A stretch of 64,000 nucleotides of DNA from Candidatus Sysuiplasmataceae archaeon (GCA_046706185.1 JBJKPR010000056.1:11094-75093), one strand, 5' to 3'. Positions 45,658-56,994 are shown, numbered from the stretch's first letter. Program-made: numbers and translations. The notes: generated by a model not told the origin, from the sequence alone.

Positions 45658-46832
45658 TTCGTCCCCTCCATGTAGGCTGCGGCTGTCTCAACATCCTTGT
45701 CCCCCCTGCCGCTCAGGTTCACAACGACGATCGAATCCCGGGGCATCTTGCCAGCCTCCTCGACAGCAGCGTGGACGGCGTGTGCAGATTCAAGCGCGGG
45801 GATGATCCCCTCCAGACGGCTGAGGAGCCTGAATGCATCCATTGCCTGTGCATCCGTTACGGCCATGTACCTTGCCCTTCCGGTGCTTCTGAGGTATGAA
45901 TGCTGGGGTCCGACTGACGGGTAGTCGAGTCCTGCGCTTATGCTCGCAGTCTCAAGCACCTGGCCGTCCCCGTCCTGCAGAAGCATGCTCCTCGAGCCGT
46001 GAAGCACGCCAGGCTCGCCTGCAACAAGGGGCGCCGAATGCTTCCCGCTTTCGATTCCCCGCCCGCCTGCCTGTGCGCCTAGCAGCCCCACGCCCGAGCT
46101 CTTCAGGAACGGTGCAAATGCACCGATAGCGTTGCTTCCGCCGCCCACACATGCAACAACAAGGTCTGGCAGCCTCCCCTCGGACCTGAGTATCTGCCCT
46201 CTTATCTCCTTCCCTATGATGCTCTGGAAATCACGCACTATTGTCGGGTAGGGATGGGGGCCCACAGCGCTGCCAAGAAGGTAGTAGGTGTCACGCACGT
46301 TTGTGACCCAGTCACGAAGCGCCTCGTTGATAGCATCCTTGAGCGTTTTTGAGCCGCTGTCCACGGGATGCACCCTGGCACCGAGGAGTTCCATCCTGAT
46401 CAGGTTAAGGCGCTGCCTCTCCGTATCCTTCCTTCCCATGTACACTTCGGTCTGCAGGCCGAGCGCGGCACCGGCTATAGCGGTTGCCACCCCATGCTGC
46501 CCTGCGCCCGTTTCAGCTATGATCCTGCGCTTACCCATCATCGTTGCGAGCAGTGCCTGCCCCATGACGTTGTTGAATTTGTGTGCCCCGCCGTGGACGA
46601 GGTCCTCCCTTTTCAGGTAAATCTTTGCCCCGCCTGCGTGTTCGGTGAGCCTCCTGGCGAAGTAGAGGGGCGTGGGCCTGCCGCCGAACTGCCTGTTGTA
46701 GACGTCAAGCCTTGACTTGAATTCCCGGTCTTTCCTGAACCTGTTGTAGGCTCTCTCAAGCTCCTCGAGCGCAGGAACAAGTGTCTCCGGCACGTATCTG
46801 CCCCCGAACTCACCAAACCGTCCCTTAGTCAT
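45654..46832 (-). CDS. trpB: Tryptophan synthase beta subunit
   Basis: [18 protein letters not shown]. The PLP lysine region is in the [10 protein letters not shown] segment. Start set to the Met at 46832, an 8-bp overlap with trpF. Confidence 0.9.
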   Translation of the reverse strand: MTKGRFGEFGGRYVPETLVPALEELERAYNRFRKDREFKSRLDVYNRQFGGRPTPLYFARRLTEHAGGAKIYLKREDLVHGGAHKFNNVMGQALLATMMGKRRIIAETGAGQHGVATAIAGAALGLQTEVYMGRKDTERQRLNLIRMELLGARVHPVDSGSKTLKDAINEALRDWVTNVRDTYYLLGSAVGPHPYPTIVRDFQSIIGKEIRGQILRSEGRLPDLVVACVGGGSNAIGAFAPFLKSSGVGLLGAQAGGRGIESGKHSAPLVAGEPGVLHGSRSMLLQDGDGQVLETASISAGLDYPSVGPQHSYLRSTGRARYMAVTDAQAMDAFRLLSRLEGIIPALESAHAVHAAVEEAGKMPRDSIVVVNLSGRGDKDVETAAAYMEGTN

Positions 46833-47466
46833 TTGAAACCTCCTTCGCCCTCCTGATGAACGTGGAGACAAGCTCCCTGGACTTCCAGCCGCCTGACTCG
46901 ACGCCGCTGGACACATCAACTACAGATGGCATCACGGCGCCAATTGCGCTCTGAACGTTATCGCAGTTGAGACCCCCTGCAAGCATCATCTTGGCCGGGT
47001 ATATCGTATCCCTGATTTTCCTGCTCAGCGCCCAGTCGTGCGTTTTTCCGGTGCCCCCGGAGATGCCGTCTACGGCGGAATCGACAACAACCATGTCGAC
47101 CACGTCCTTGAGAGCCGACGCCTTCTCCACCGCCCCTTCGGTTGCCTGGACCAGCCCAATCACCTGGACGCCAAGCACCTCCTTCAAATCAAGCAGCCTG
47201 GAAGGGGTCGATTCTATCTGTATCTGGACGTAGTCGGGCTCGAGAGCTGAGCACATGTTCGAGAGGAACTCCTCGTCTGTCGTGTTGACAACAGCCACTG
47301 TCTGGGCAGATTCTGCTGCCTGTGTCACAAGCGGCCTTGCCGCTTCAACAGTCAGCGATCTGGGTGACGTGCTGACCTGTATTATGAACCCCATATAGTC
47401 TGCACCTGCGGCAAATTCTATGTCCTCCCTTCTCCTATTTCCGCATATTTTGACTTCTGGCAACAA
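46825..47466 (-). CDS. trpF: Phosphoribosylanthranilate isomerase
   Basis: [28 protein letters not shown] is the typical PRAI N-terminus. Confidence 0.85.
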   Translation of the reverse strand: MLPEVKICGNRRREDIEFAAGADYMGFIIQVSTSPRSLTVEAARPLVTQAAESAQTVAVVNTTDEEFLSNMCSALEPDYVQIQIESTPSRLLDLKEVLGVQVIGLVQATEGAVEKASALKDVVDMVVVDSAVDGISGGTGKTHDWALSRKIRDTIYPAKMMLAGGLNCDNVQSAIGAVMPSVVDVSSGVESGGWKSRELVSTFIRRAKEVSND

Positions 47467-48220
47467 CAGCCGCCTCCGTTATTGATGAGAGCAGTGAAGC
47501 ATCCTCGCCCATCACTGATGTTCCTACAAGGACGCCGTCCGCGCCCGCCCCGATCATCGCTGAAACCATATCGCCACTCGTGATGCCGCTCATGCCTATG
47601 ACCTGCCTGTCCTTGCCTTCCGAGCGGAGGATGCTCTCTGTCCTCTTCGGCTCGAGCGTCAGGTCGGACAGGTTGCGGTTATTGATGCCAATCAAGTCAG
47701 CACCTGTCTCCATTGCCCTCCTGTACTGCTCAGGGGAGTTTACTTCAAGTATGACTTCCAGCCCGAGTGAGCGCGCATCTTCCATCAGGACGTCAAGATT
47801 GTACCTTGACCTTTCGAATATCTCCATTATCAGGAGCACGCAGTCTGCCCCAAGCCTGTATGCAGCATCAAGCTGGTCCGTGGAGATGAAAAAATCCTTC
47901 ATAAGGACAGGTATGCCGAAGGTCGATGCTTCTGCAACGTTTTCCAGTGAGCCGTTGAACCTGTGTGGCTCGGACAGGACAGAGAATGCGCATACGCCTG
48001 CGTCGTAGAATTCCTGGAGCCTGCTTCTGAGCGGCACATCCGATGAGAGTTCCCTGACGGAAGGTGTTTTGCGCTTGAACTCCGCTATAACCGGAGCGCG
48101 GTTCCCGGAGAGCGCCTCCTTCATTGACAGCAGCGGGCGCGTCCGCTGGGACTTCACAGAATAGTACCCGGACATTACGAGTGAGAACGCATTGTCCACG
48201 AAGTAGTCCAGCTCATCCAT
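47435..48220 (-). CDS. trpC: Indole-3-glycerol phosphate synthase
   Basis: VIAEFKRKTPS motif. About 260 aa. Sits between trpD and trpF. Confidence 0.85.
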   Translation of the reverse strand: MDELDYFVDNAFSLVMSGYYSVKSQRTRPLLSMKEALSGNRAPVIAEFKRKTPSVRELSSDVPLRSRLQEFYDAGVCAFSVLSEPHRFNGSLENVAEASTFGIPVLMKDFFISTDQLDAAYRLGADCVLLIMEIFERSRYNLDVLMEDARSLGLEVILEVNSPEQYRRAMETGADLIGINNRNLSDLTLEPKRTESILRSEGKDRQVIGMSGITSGDMVSAMIGAGADGVLVGTSVMGEDASLLSSITEAAVVARSQNMRK

Positions 48221-49241
48221 TTTCCACCCCGCCCAGGGTGCTTAGGCGTATGAACTCCTGCATCTTCTCCATTGCCCTTCCGCTTTCGATTGAATCAAGC
48301 GCTTTCTCCACGCCCTTCTCCACTGAAGAGGCTGCGCCCGCGACGTAGAGCGCCGCTCCCGCATTGAGAAGCACTATACTCCTTTCGCCCTCTCCCGATA
48401 CGCCCCTTAACACCCTGTTTGCAAACGCAGCGCTCTCTTCAGGACCGGCCGCAGGAGGAGGCGCCCACTGGCGTGTACCGAAGGAGGAGAACTCCTCCGC
48501 AGCAATCGAGTACTTTTCAACAGCACCGTTCCTGACCTCGGCTATTTCCGTGTTCCCGGCAGGCGATATCTCGTCCATGCCCAGGACACCGTGTGCGACG
48601 ATCGCCCTTTTTGCGCCAAGAAGGGAGAGGGCATCGGCAATCCTATCCATGTATGAACTTGAGAAGACACCGACAAGCTGCCTGCTCACCATCGCCGGGT
48701 TGGTTATGGGGCCGAGAATGTTGAAAACAGTCCTGAATGCCAGCGACTTCCTGACCGGAGAAACGTTCTTCACGGCAGGATGGTAGAGTGGAGCAAACAG
48801 GAATGTGATGCCGCCTTTATTGAGCATCAAGGAAGCGGTGTCCGGATCTATGGATATGTTTACCCCGAGCGCCTGCAGCAGATCAGCACTTCCGCTCCTG
48901 CTTGTGAATGACCTGTTTCCATGCTTGGCAACAGGGACGCCTGAGGAGGCGACAACCACAGAACTTACAGTCGACACATTGTACGTCTTTACCCTGGCGC
49001 CGCCTGTTCCGCACAGGTCGATTGTTCCCTCCGGTGCGCTTACACGCGTGCATTTTTGCCTCATTACCCGTGCAATTGCAGCAATCTCCCCTGCCGTCTC
49101 TCCCTTCATCCTCATTGCGGTGAGGAAGGATGCAAGCTCCGCATCGCTTGCCCTGCCGTCCATTATGAGCACTGCTGCCTCCTCCGCCTCTTCATCTGTG
49201 AGGTCTTTTCCTTCCGCCAGCTTGCCTATTATCTTCTTCAC
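48213..49241 (-). CDS. trpD: Anthranilate phosphoribosyltransferase
   Basis: IDLCGTGGARVKTYNVSTVSSVVVASSGVPVAKHGNRS. Confidence 0.9.
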   Translation of the reverse strand: MKKIIGKLAEGKDLTDEEAEEAAVLIMDGRASDAELASFLTAMRMKGETAGEIAAIARVMRQKCTRVSAPEGTIDLCGTGGARVKTYNVSTVSSVVVASSGVPVAKHGNRSFTSRSGSADLLQALGVNISIDPDTASLMLNKGGITFLFAPLYHPAVKNVSPVRKSLAFRTVFNILGPITNPAMVSRQLVGVFSSSYMDRIADALSLLGAKRAIVAHGVLGMDEISPAGNTEIAEVRNGAVEKYSIAAEEFSSFGTRQWAPPPAAGPEESAAFANRVLRGVSGEGERSIVLLNAGAALYVAGAASSVEKGVEKALDSIESGRAMEKMQEFIRLSTLGGVENG

Positions 49242-49825
49242 AGCGATCCCTTCACTATCCTTCTGAAATTGAGCAGTGTGTCATACCCGTCCGGTGTGAG
49301 TATGGATTCTGGGTGGAACTGCACGCCGAAGACAGGTCTAGACCTGTGCCTGATGGCCATGATCTCGCCCGTCTCGCTCATTGCGGTTACGTCGAGCGAG
49401 CTTGGAAGAGACTCGTGCTCGACGATGAGCGAGTGGTATCGTCCCCCGGTAAGCGGTGATTCTATGCCTTCAAACAGCTCACGGCCGGAATGGGATATGA
49501 GAGATGTCTTGCCATGCATTATTCGCTCCGCATGTATGACGTGCCCGCCGAATGCATAAGCAATGCCCTGATGGCCCAGGCAAACGCCGAGAAGCGGTAC
49601 CTGGCCCGCCTCCCTGATCAGCTCTTTGTTGATACCGAAGTACCTTTTTCTCTCGGGTGTACCCGGGCCCGGGGAAATCACTATACAGTCAGGGTCTATC
49701 GAGGAAAGCTCTTTCATGCTCAGGCAGTCGTTTCTCTTCACTGTTATGGAGAAGCCTGCCTGACCAAGCTTCTGGTACAGGTTGTAGGAGAAAGAGTCAT
49801 AGTTATCGATTAGAAGCAGCTTCAT
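49238..49825 (-). CDS. trpG: Anthranilate synthase component II (glutamine amidotransferase)
   Basis: Class-I GATase motif GVCLGHQ. Downstream H and E. Confidence 0.9.
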   Translation of the reverse strand: MKLLLIDNYDSFSYNLYQKLGQAGFSITVKRNDCLSMKELSSIDPDCIVISPGPGTPERKRYFGINKELIREAGQVPLLGVCLGHQGIAYAFGGHVIHAERIMHGKTSLISHSGRELFEGIESPLTGGRYHSLIVEHESLPSSLDVTAMSETGEIMAIRHRSRPVFGVQFHPESILTPDGYDTLLNFRRIVKGSL

Positions 49826-51165
49826 CTCTTCTTCTCCCCGAAGACTGTGAGCAGTGCTCCGAGCTTGCTCTCTGTTTCATCAAACTCCCTTTCAGGGACA
49901 GAATCGTAAACTATTCCGCCGCCTGCCTGGAGGAACGCATTGCCGGCATTCCTGAAAAGTGTCCTTATGGATATTGCACTGTCCAGTGACCCGTTGAAGG
50001 AATAGTACCCGACAGCACCCGCATACGGGCCCCGTCTCATACTCTCAAGTTCCTCAATTATCTCCATTGCCCTTATCTTCGGGGCGCCGCTTACCGTTCC
50101 TGCGGGGAAGATGGAGAAAAGTGCATCCACGGCATCCTTTCCCCTGTCGAGAGTTCCTTCCACTCTTGATACAATGTGCTGCACGTGACTGTATTTCTGG
50201 ACGGTCATGTACTCAGGAACCGAGACGGAACCGAACCTGCTCACTCTCCCGACGTCGTTCCTTGCCAGGTCCACGAGCATATTGTGTTCCGCCCTTTCCT
50301 TTTCGTCATTGAGCAGTTCGCGCTCGAGAGATGCGTCGACGTCTTCTTTTCCGGTGACAGGCCTGGTGCCTGCGATCGGGTATGTGACCACCTTTCTTCC
50401 TGTCACGCTGACTAGCGTTTCCGGGCTGGAGCCGATAACCTCCCTCTCACCGAACTTCACGTAATACATGTAGGGAGACGGGTTCAGCGCCTTGAGTGCT
50501 GTGTAAAAGGGCAGCATCCCCCTCGTGCCCTTGAGGCTCACCCTTCTCGAGAGAACAACCTGGAATATGTCGCCGTCAATGATATACTCCTTCGCCTTCT
50601 CAACAGCGTCCAGGTACGAGCTCTTTGACTGCAGTGGCTCCAGCCTGGTCCTGACCATCTCCTCCTCCAGCATGTCGCAGGACAGAAGCTCCCTTTCCCT
50701 GTCGTCATCCCATGAGAAGTAGAAGCACTGTCCGTTCAAATGGTCGAATATGAAGCCGTCCGTGAATAGACCGAGCTCGGCGTCCGGGAAAGATGATTCG
50801 TGATGCCTGTCCGGAAGCTTCTCGAAGTGCCTAACCGTATCATAGGAGAAGTAGCCGACAAACCCGCCGATGTACGGGAACGGCATGGACACAGAAGGCC
50901 TGCGAATCTTCATGTTCCCCTTCAGGAACGAATCTATCCTCTCCTTTCTCCGAGAACCGTCGAACCTGATGGAGCCGCCCGAGTACACCGCCTTCTCAGA
51001 GGGGGCTGCTCCGATGAAACTGAAACGTGCAGACCTGCTCGGGCCTGATGCACTCTCGAGGAGAAAGCAGTCGCTGCCTGAGCTGAGGAGCCTGGAGAAG
51101 AGGCCCACAGGATTGTCATGCGATATGCTTTCCCTGAAAATCATCTCAGTCACCGAAGAAAACAC
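49822..51165 (-). CDS. trpE: Anthranilate synthase component I
   Basis: Chorismate-binding C-terminal region (GAVGYYSFNGSLDSAISIRT...GGGIVYDS). Confidence 0.9.
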   Translation of the reverse strand: MFSSVTEMIFRESISHDNPVGLFSRLLSSGSDCFLLESASGPSRSARFSFIGAAPSEKAVYSGGSIRFDGSRRKERIDSFLKGNMKIRRPSVSMPFPYIGGFVGYFSYDTVRHFEKLPDRHHESSFPDAELGLFTDGFIFDHLNGQCFYFSWDDDRERELLSCDMLEEEMVRTRLEPLQSKSSYLDAVEKAKEYIIDGDIFQVVLSRRVSLKGTRGMLPFYTALKALNPSPYMYYVKFGEREVIGSSPETLVSVTGRKVVTYPIAGTRPVTGKEDVDASLERELLNDEKERAEHNMLVDLARNDVGRVSRFGSVSVPEYMTVQKYSHVQHIVSRVEGTLDRGKDAVDALFSIFPAGTVSGAPKIRAMEIIEELESMRRGPYAGAVGYYSFNGSLDSAISIRTLFRNAGNAFLQAGGGIVYDSVPEREFDETESKLGALLTVFGEKKR

Positions 51166-52519
51166 CGTGAACCGCGTTCATTGCACTGTTCAGTACGTCC
51201 ATCTTCACGGTGAAGTGATACGCTGCCCTGGAGGCACCCGCAGACATCATGCCCACGTTTATCCCGCTCTGCGAGATAGCGGTGAAAACCTTCGCTGCTA
51301 TGCCCTTGGTCGTTCCGAGCCCCTCCCCGACTACGCACATGAGAGCCACACGCTTCTCAGTCTCGATCTTCTCCACACCCCTGTTTACAGTCTCCTTCAG
51401 CGAACCAACGGCAGTGGCCAGCTCAGAGCCAAGAACAAGGAAGGCAATGCATGTCTGAGAGGTGGTGGCAGAAATTATGTTCACGCCCGCCCTTCCCAGG
51501 AAGCCGGAAATGTTGGATAGGGTGCCGGACTGGAAACCTCCGCCGCTCACGTAGACGCGCACGATTGCGAGGTCCTGGAGACATGAGACGCTCTTCACGA
51601 TGCCAATCGTCTTCTTCCTGCTTGACGTCACCATTGTTCCTGTGGAAGAAGGGTTGTCTATGTTCAGAATGCGCACCTTTATGTTTCCCTCCTCGGCAGG
51701 CTCCACAGCCTTGGGGTGGAGGACGTTTGCACCGAAGTACGAGAGCTCGGACGCCTCGTCGTAGGACAGCTCGCCAATCAGCTTGGCACCCCTGACGAAG
51801 CCTGGATCGGCGGTAAGAAAGCCGTCGACGTCCTTCCAGATTACCAGCGTTCTTGCACCCATCGCATAGGCGACGATTGAAGCACTGTAGTCCGTTCCGT
51901 TCCTTCCGAGGAGGGTCACGTGCCCTTCCCTGTTCTGCCCGAAGAAGCCGGTCACCACCGGGACAATACCCTCTTCGAGCGCTGCGTTGAGCTTCCTGAA
52001 GGCGACTTTCCTGGTGGGCTTCAGCAGTCCGCTTGCGCTTTCGTAGTTGCCATCGGTCACGATGGGCAGTGTGTCCGCATCGAAAACCCTCGCGGAGCGT
52101 CCGCCGGCTGATAGGGCCGCCGCCACGACCCTGGCAGAAAGGCGCTCCCCGTAGCTCATAAGCAGCGCCTTCATCCTCTTTGTGAGTTCCCCTGTGTAGT
52201 AGACGCCGTAGAGTATCCTGCCGAAGTTTGCAACTGTCTTCCTCACTTCGTCTGAATACCGCCTGAGAGCGTCGCCGGAACAGACCTCGCCAAGGATGTG
52301 AATGTGCCTTTCAGTGAGCGAGCGCACAAAAGATTCTATTCCCGTTTCACTCAGCCTTCCTGTTATGGCCCGCTCTATGCTGTCTGTCACGCCTGAAATT
52401 GCGCTTACAACAACAGCGCACTTCTTTTCTCCAGAGACTATCGAAACAAGCCTCAATATGCCTCCTGCGTCTCTCAGGCAGGAGCCGCCGAACTTCATGA
52501 CTACAGTGGTCTGAGCCAT
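51146..52519 (-). CDS. lysC: Aspartate kinase
   Basis: VVMKFGGSCLRD N-terminal motif. C-terminal ACT domains. 457 aa. Confidence 0.85.
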   Translation of the reverse strand: MAQTTVVMKFGGSCLRDAGGILRLVSIVSGEKKCAVVVSAISGVTDSIERAITGRLSETGIESFVRSLTERHIHILGEVCSGDALRRYSDEVRKTVANFGRILYGVYYTGELTKRMKALLMSYGERLSARVVAAALSAGGRSARVFDADTLPIVTDGNYESASGLLKPTRKVAFRKLNAALEEGIVPVVTGFFGQNREGHVTLLGRNGTDYSASIVAYAMGARTLVIWKDVDGFLTADPGFVRGAKLIGELSYDEASELSYFGANVLHPKAVEPAEEGNIKVRILNIDNPSSTGTMVTSSRKKTIGIVKSVSCLQDLAIVRVYVSGGGFQSGTLSNISGFLGRAGVNIISATTSQTCIAFLVLGSELATAVGSLKETVNRGVEKIETEKRVALMCVVGEGLGTTKGIAAKVFTAISQSGINVGMMSAGASRAAYHFTVKMDVLNSAMNAVHGVFFGD

Positions 52520-53566
52520 TCAGAGCACCCCCTTGCTCCTGAGTATCTCGGCATTGAGAACGGAGCCGCCGGCAGCTCCGCGTATAGTGTTGTGAGTCAG
52601 CACAATGAAGCGGACCTTGCTGCCTTCGACGCGCAGTCTCCCAACGGTTGCAGCCATGCCCTTTGCACGCGCAGGGCTACCGGCGTTGACGTCAAGGACA
52701 GGCTGCGGCCTGTCCTTCTCTGCAGTGTAAATCACTGGCCTCACAGGCGCGGACGGAAGCGAAAGCTCCTGCGGAAGAGATCTGAACGATGAAAAGAGGT
52801 CTGACACCTCCCCGGCCGAAGTGTTCTTCCCGACTTCGACGAGTACAGATTCCATGTGGCCGTCCCTGACAGGCACCCGGGTGCAGGTTGCATCGACAAC
52901 AACAGAGGAGTTTGCAACTCCACTGCCCTCTACCCTGCCGAACATCTTCGGTATCTCCAGAGACAGCTTCTCCTCCTCTGCTTCTATGAATGGCACAATG
53001 TTGGCAATAGAGTCGAGCGATGGCACTCCAGGGTAGCCTGCACCGCTGAGTGCCTGCATTGTTGTCACCTCGACTCGCTTCAGTCCAAGCGGCTCAATCG
53101 GCTTCAGGCCCATCGCAAGGCCGATTGAACTGCAGTTGCCGTTTGCGACAATGAAACCCTCTCTGCCATCAACCAGCGAAAGGTGGTCGTGGTTGACCTC
53201 CGGAACAACAAGCGGCACGTCCTGCCTCATCCTGTTGGGAGAGGCGTTCGTGAATATGCGGCAGCCACGACGCATCATATCGACCTCCACCGCGGCAGCA
53301 ACCTGCGTGGGAAGCGCGCTGAAAACCGCGTCGAACTTCTCCTTAACCACGCCATCAATGTCAAGCGGCTGGATCCTGGCAGAAAGGAGCTCCTGTGATA
53401 TCCTTGCCTCCGGAATTGTCAGCACATCTGCGATCGTCTTGCCGCCGCTCTTTTCCGAGCCGAAAAGGGATGGTGAGTCGAAGTACGGATGGGCTGAAAG
53501 CATCTCGCAGAAACGCTGCCCGACCATTCCACTTGCACCAAGGACTGCGACAGTGAGTTTACTCAT
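52520..53566 (-). CDS. asd: Aspartate-semialdehyde dehydrogenase (archaeal type)
   Basis: MSKLTVAVLGASGMVGQRF NAD-binding N-terminus. Active-site Cys in NCSSIG. SGAG motif. Start set to the Met at 53566. Confidence 0.85.
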   Translation of the reverse strand: MSKLTVAVLGASGMVGQRFCEMLSAHPYFDSPSLFGSEKSGGKTIADVLTIPEARISQELLSARIQPLDIDGVVKEKFDAVFSALPTQVAAAVEVDMMRRGCRIFTNASPNRMRQDVPLVVPEVNHDHLSLVDGREGFIVANGNCSSIGLAMGLKPIEPLGLKRVEVTTMQALSGAGYPGVPSLDSIANIVPFIEAEEEKLSLEIPKMFGRVEGSGVANSSVVVDATCTRVPVRDGHMESVLVEVGKNTSAGEVSDLFSSFRSLPQELSLPSAPVRPVIYTAEKDRPQPVLDVNAGSPARAKGMAATVGRLRVEGSKVRFIVLTHNTIRGAAGGSVLNAEILRSKGVL

Positions 53567-54656
53567 AAGCAAGCCCTCCGAAGTATTCCATTCCCCTTTC
53601 CACAATCCTCTCGAAGTCGTAGCTGTTTTCAGAGAATGATGCGCGTTTCACCTCGGCAAGTGACTTCTCGAGGGATGAGAAGACTGTTTCCCTGTGCCTG
53701 TTGAGGTTCTGTATCTCATAATAGAGGAGAGGGCTTTCGCGCGCCACGTCTGCAGTGGTCTGCATCTGCTTCCTGAAAGTTGTGCTTGCATATCCCGAGA
53801 GCTCGAAGCTGCTCTTTCCGCTTGATGCAAGTGCGTTGAAAAGGATTATGTTCATTGCATGTGTCATTCCAAGGACGTAGACCATAAGCTCGTCGTGCCT
53901 CTCAACATCGAGCCTGCGAATCGAAAGGCATGTGTCGCTGAAAAGCGAGGCTGCTTCGTCAGCAGCGCTTCTGTTACCGCAGTCGCAGACGATCATGTTC
54001 TGGTCCGCAAGCGTCTTGGCCGCCGGTCCGAACATTGGGTGTATGCTTGCCACCTTCATTCCGGCAGAGGCACCCCTCTTCAGTTCGCCGATGAGGGGCG
54101 ACTTCAGGCTGCAGCCGTCCATCACAAGAGCATCGGTGCCTGTCGAAAGCACCTTCGAGAGAATGGCTGGCGTAATGGATATAGGGGTGGAGAGAAGCAC
54201 GACATCTGAATCACGGACTGCCTTCGTCAGGTCCCTCTCGAACCTGTATGGAGAACCTTCGGTCGTGTCGTTGACAGTAACTTCATGACCCTGCACGTTG
54301 AAGAACCTGGAATACCAGAGGCCCATCTTTCCGTTTCCGCCAACGACGAGTATCCTCTTCTTCTCGCCCTTGTAGACCTTTATATCGCTTGATGACTGGA
54401 CAGAGAGCGAGGCGCTGATGAGCAGTTTTGCGATATTCCGCCCTATCTGTCTGTCAACACCCATCTGCTCGCAGAGTTCCTCGGCATGGCTGATGACCCG
54501 TGCCTCGACAGTGTAATCCCTGAGGGGCACGCTGTTGCTTCTCTTCAGTTTCCCTATTGCTTCCGCCTCCTTCATTCTCTCGGCAACCAGTCTCAGTATC
54601 TGCTCATCCTTCGCCCTGATTCTCTGCCTTATAGACTCTATTTCACCAGCACTCAC
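53559..54656 (-). CDS. tyrA: Bifunctional chorismate mutase / prephenate dehydrogenase (AroQ-TyrA)
   Basis: N-terminal AroQ chorismate mutase (IRQRIRAKDEQILRLVAERMKEA). TyrA Rossmann RILVVGGNGKMG and a dehydrogenase core. Confidence 0.8.
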   Translation of the reverse strand: MSAGEIESIRQRIRAKDEQILRLVAERMKEAEAIGKLKRSNSVPLRDYTVEARVISHAEELCEQMGVDRQIGRNIAKLLISASLSVQSSSDIKVYKGEKKRILVVGGNGKMGLWYSRFFNVQGHEVTVNDTTEGSPYRFERDLTKAVRDSDVVLLSTPISITPAILSKVLSTGTDALVMDGCSLKSPLIGELKRGASAGMKVASIHPMFGPAAKTLADQNMIVCDCGNRSAADEAASLFSDTCLSIRRLDVERHDELMVYVLGMTHAMNIILFNALASSGKSSFELSGYASTTFRKQMQTTADVARESPLLYYEIQNLNRHRETVFSSLEKSLAEVKRASFSENSYDFERIVERGMEYFGGLAYE

Positions 54657-55735
54657 TTAGATCCGCTCCGCAAACACAGGTCTGCCATTGCAACAGCGCA
54701 GGCGGCCTCAACAACGATCACTGCCCTTGGAACAATGCAGGGATCGTGCCTTCCCCTCACGGTCATCTCAGTTTCCTCCATCGTGTCAAGGTCCACGCTC
54801 CTCTGCGGCCTGGAAATGGAGGAGGTCGGTTTGAAGGCGACCCTGAAGACAACGTCCATCCCATTTGTGATGCCACCGTTGATACCGCCTGCGTTGTTTG
54901 TCGCTGTCGCAACCTTCTTCATCTCTTTGCCTGTGACTATAAATGGATCGTTATTCTCGCTACCGTACATCAAAGCGGAACCAAAACCGGAGCCGAACTC
55001 GACTCCCTTCACGGCTGGGATCGCGAAGACAATTTTGGATATCTCCCCTTCGACTGTGTCGAAGAACGGTTCACCGAGTCCTGCCTGCATGCCAGTTGCT
55101 ACGCACTCGATAATCCCACCGACGCTGTCCCCTCTCTTTCTTGCATCAAGAATCCTCTCCTTCATCCTGGAAGCAGACTGTTCGTCAATACAGCGCACTT
55201 CGTTTGAAAACCTCAGCGACTCGACTTGGTCAAAGCTGTAATCCCGCTCATCTGTAACATCGTGTATCCTCACCACCCTTGCGGCAATCCTGATACCCCT
55301 GCCGGAAAGATACTGCCTTGCAAGTGCTCCAGCCGCGACAAGGGGAGCGGTGAGCCTCCCTGAGAACTGCCCGCCTCCGCGGTAGTCGGCATGGCCGCCA
55401 TACTTGACGAACGATGTGTAATCGGCATGACCTGGGCGAGGTATATGCCTTATCTCTTCGTAGCTGGAACTCCTGACGTCGGTGTTGCTGAAGAGAATGA
55501 GGACAGGTGTACCAGTGAGCCTGCCCTCCCTGATGCCTCCCTTCAGGCTGATCGTGTCGGGCTCCTGCCTCGCTGTTCCAATGAGGGGCGCAGGACGCCT
55601 CATGTCAATCTCACTCTGAACCGCAGCTGCATCCACGTTCATCCCTGCAGGCAGACCGTCCAGCAGGGCCCCCACATGCTCGCCGTGGCTTTCTCCGAAT
55701 ATTGTCAGTCTGAGAGCTGTTCCAATGGTATTCAT
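54653..55735 (-). CDS. aroC: Chorismate synthase
   Basis: MNTIGTALRLTIFGESHG... GRSSARETA-like regions. 360 aa. Confidence 0.9.
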   Translation of the reverse strand: MNTIGTALRLTIFGESHGEHVGALLDGLPAGMNVDAAAVQSEIDMRRPAPLIGTARQEPDTISLKGGIREGRLTGTPVLILFSNTDVRSSSYEEIRHIPRPGHADYTSFVKYGGHADYRGGGQFSGRLTAPLVAAGALARQYLSGRGIRIAARVVRIHDVTDERDYSFDQVESLRFSNEVRCIDEQSASRMKERILDARKRGDSVGGIIECVATGMQAGLGEPFFDTVEGEISKIVFAIPAVKGVEFGSGFGSALMYGSENNDPFIVTGKEMKKVATATNNAGGINGGITNGMDVVFRVAFKPTSSISRPQRSVDLDTMEETEMTVRGRHDPCIVPRAVIVVEAACAVAMADLCLRSGSK

Positions 55736-56994
55736 TCAGTCATCACCTTTCCACCGAGCGCTGAAATGTCTTCAGCGAAGGAGGGGTACGAGACAGCGTG
55801 CGACTCACCCTCGGTCACACTGCAGCCTCTTGAAGACGCGAGTCCTGCGATGCATGCGGCCATGGCAATCCTGTGGTCGCCGTGACTTTCGACTTTCCCG
55901 CCCTCGATTTCACCACCAGTTATCGTTATCTCCTCTCCCCTGGCTTTGAACTTAACACCAAGGCCGCGTAGCATGCCGCAGGTTGTCTCTACCCTGTCTG
56001 TCTCCTTGAAGCGGAGGTTCCTCGACCCGCGGACAAGGCTCCTTCCGTGAGCCTTAGCCGCGAGGACGCAAACAACAGGGAAAAGGTCCGGGGAGGAGGA
56101 GCAGTCAATGTCCGTCCCGCTCATCTCCCCGGGAGAAACGATGACACTTCTTCCTCTCTTCCTCACCGTGCAGCCGAACGCCGAGAGTATTTCGACGATC
56201 TTCGAATCGGCCTGTGTCAGGTTGCCGACAAGGTCCTTCACCTCCACCTCGCCCCCTGTCAAAGCCCCAGCGGCAAGTATGAAGGAGGCAGAGGAATAGT
56301 CGCCCGGAACAGTCATCTGCCTTCCGGAGTATGCCCCGCCGCCGCTGCAGAAGAGCTCACTGCCCTCCATAACAGAACTGCATCCGAACATTGAGACCAT
56401 CTCGCAAGTGAGCGTGAGGTAAGAAATTGACTGCAGCCCTCCTGTGATTTTGATTGTCGTGTCATTCACCTTCAGAGGGCAGGAGATGGCAAGAGATGAT
56501 GCGAACTGGGAGCTTAAGTCTCCTGGCAGTGTGGTGCTTTTCCCTTTCATGGTGCCGCCGAAGACGGCCGGAAGCAGGCCGTTTCCCGTCGTGGAAAACG
56601 CCCTTCCACCAAGCCTGTTGATGGCCCCTATTATAGGCTGCATGGGCCTGCGCCTCAGGGAGCTGTCTCCAGTGATGACAGCATAGCCTGGAAGCAGTGC
56701 GCAGACTGAACTCATAAGCCTGGCCGTCGTGCCTGAGTTGTTTGCGTTTATGACGTCGGATGCCTGATGAAGTTCGGATGTGACCCTCAGCTCCCTCCCT
56801 TTCGTGAACGATGCGCCCATCAGCCTGGCGGCATCAAGCGTGCTTAGTGTGTCCCCGCTCAGCAGGGGGTTCCTGATCGTGCTCCTGCCCTCGGACAGGA
56901 GTGAAAGGATGATCGCCCTGTGCGTTATGCTCTTGGACGGAGGAGCAACAACAGTGCCGCAGAGTGGGGGCGAGGGACTAGAAAGCAAATCCAC
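55732..56994 (-). CDS. aroA: 3-phosphoshikimate 1-carboxyvinyltransferase (EPSP synthase)
   Basis: LCGTVVAPPSKSITHRAIIL N-terminal signature. 420 aa. Confidence 0.9.
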   Translation of the reverse strand: MDLLSSPSPPLCGTVVAPPSKSITHRAIILSLLSEGRSTIRNPLLSGDTLSTLDAARLMGASFTKGRELRVTSELHQASDVINANNSGTTARLMSSVCALLPGYAVITGDSSLRRRPMQPIIGAINRLGGRAFSTTGNGLLPAVFGGTMKGKSTTLPGDLSSQFASSLAISCPLKVNDTTIKITGGLQSISYLTLTCEMVSMFGCSSVMEGSELFCSGGGAYSGRQMTVPGDYSSASFILAAGALTGGEVEVKDLVGNLTQADSKIVEILSAFGCTVRKRGRSVIVSPGEMSGTDIDCSSSPDLFPVVCVLAAKAHGRSLVRGSRNLRFKETDRVETTCGMLRGLGVKFKARGEEITITGGEIEGGKVESHGDHRIAMAACIAGLASSRGCSVTEGESHAVSYPSFAEDISALGGKVMTE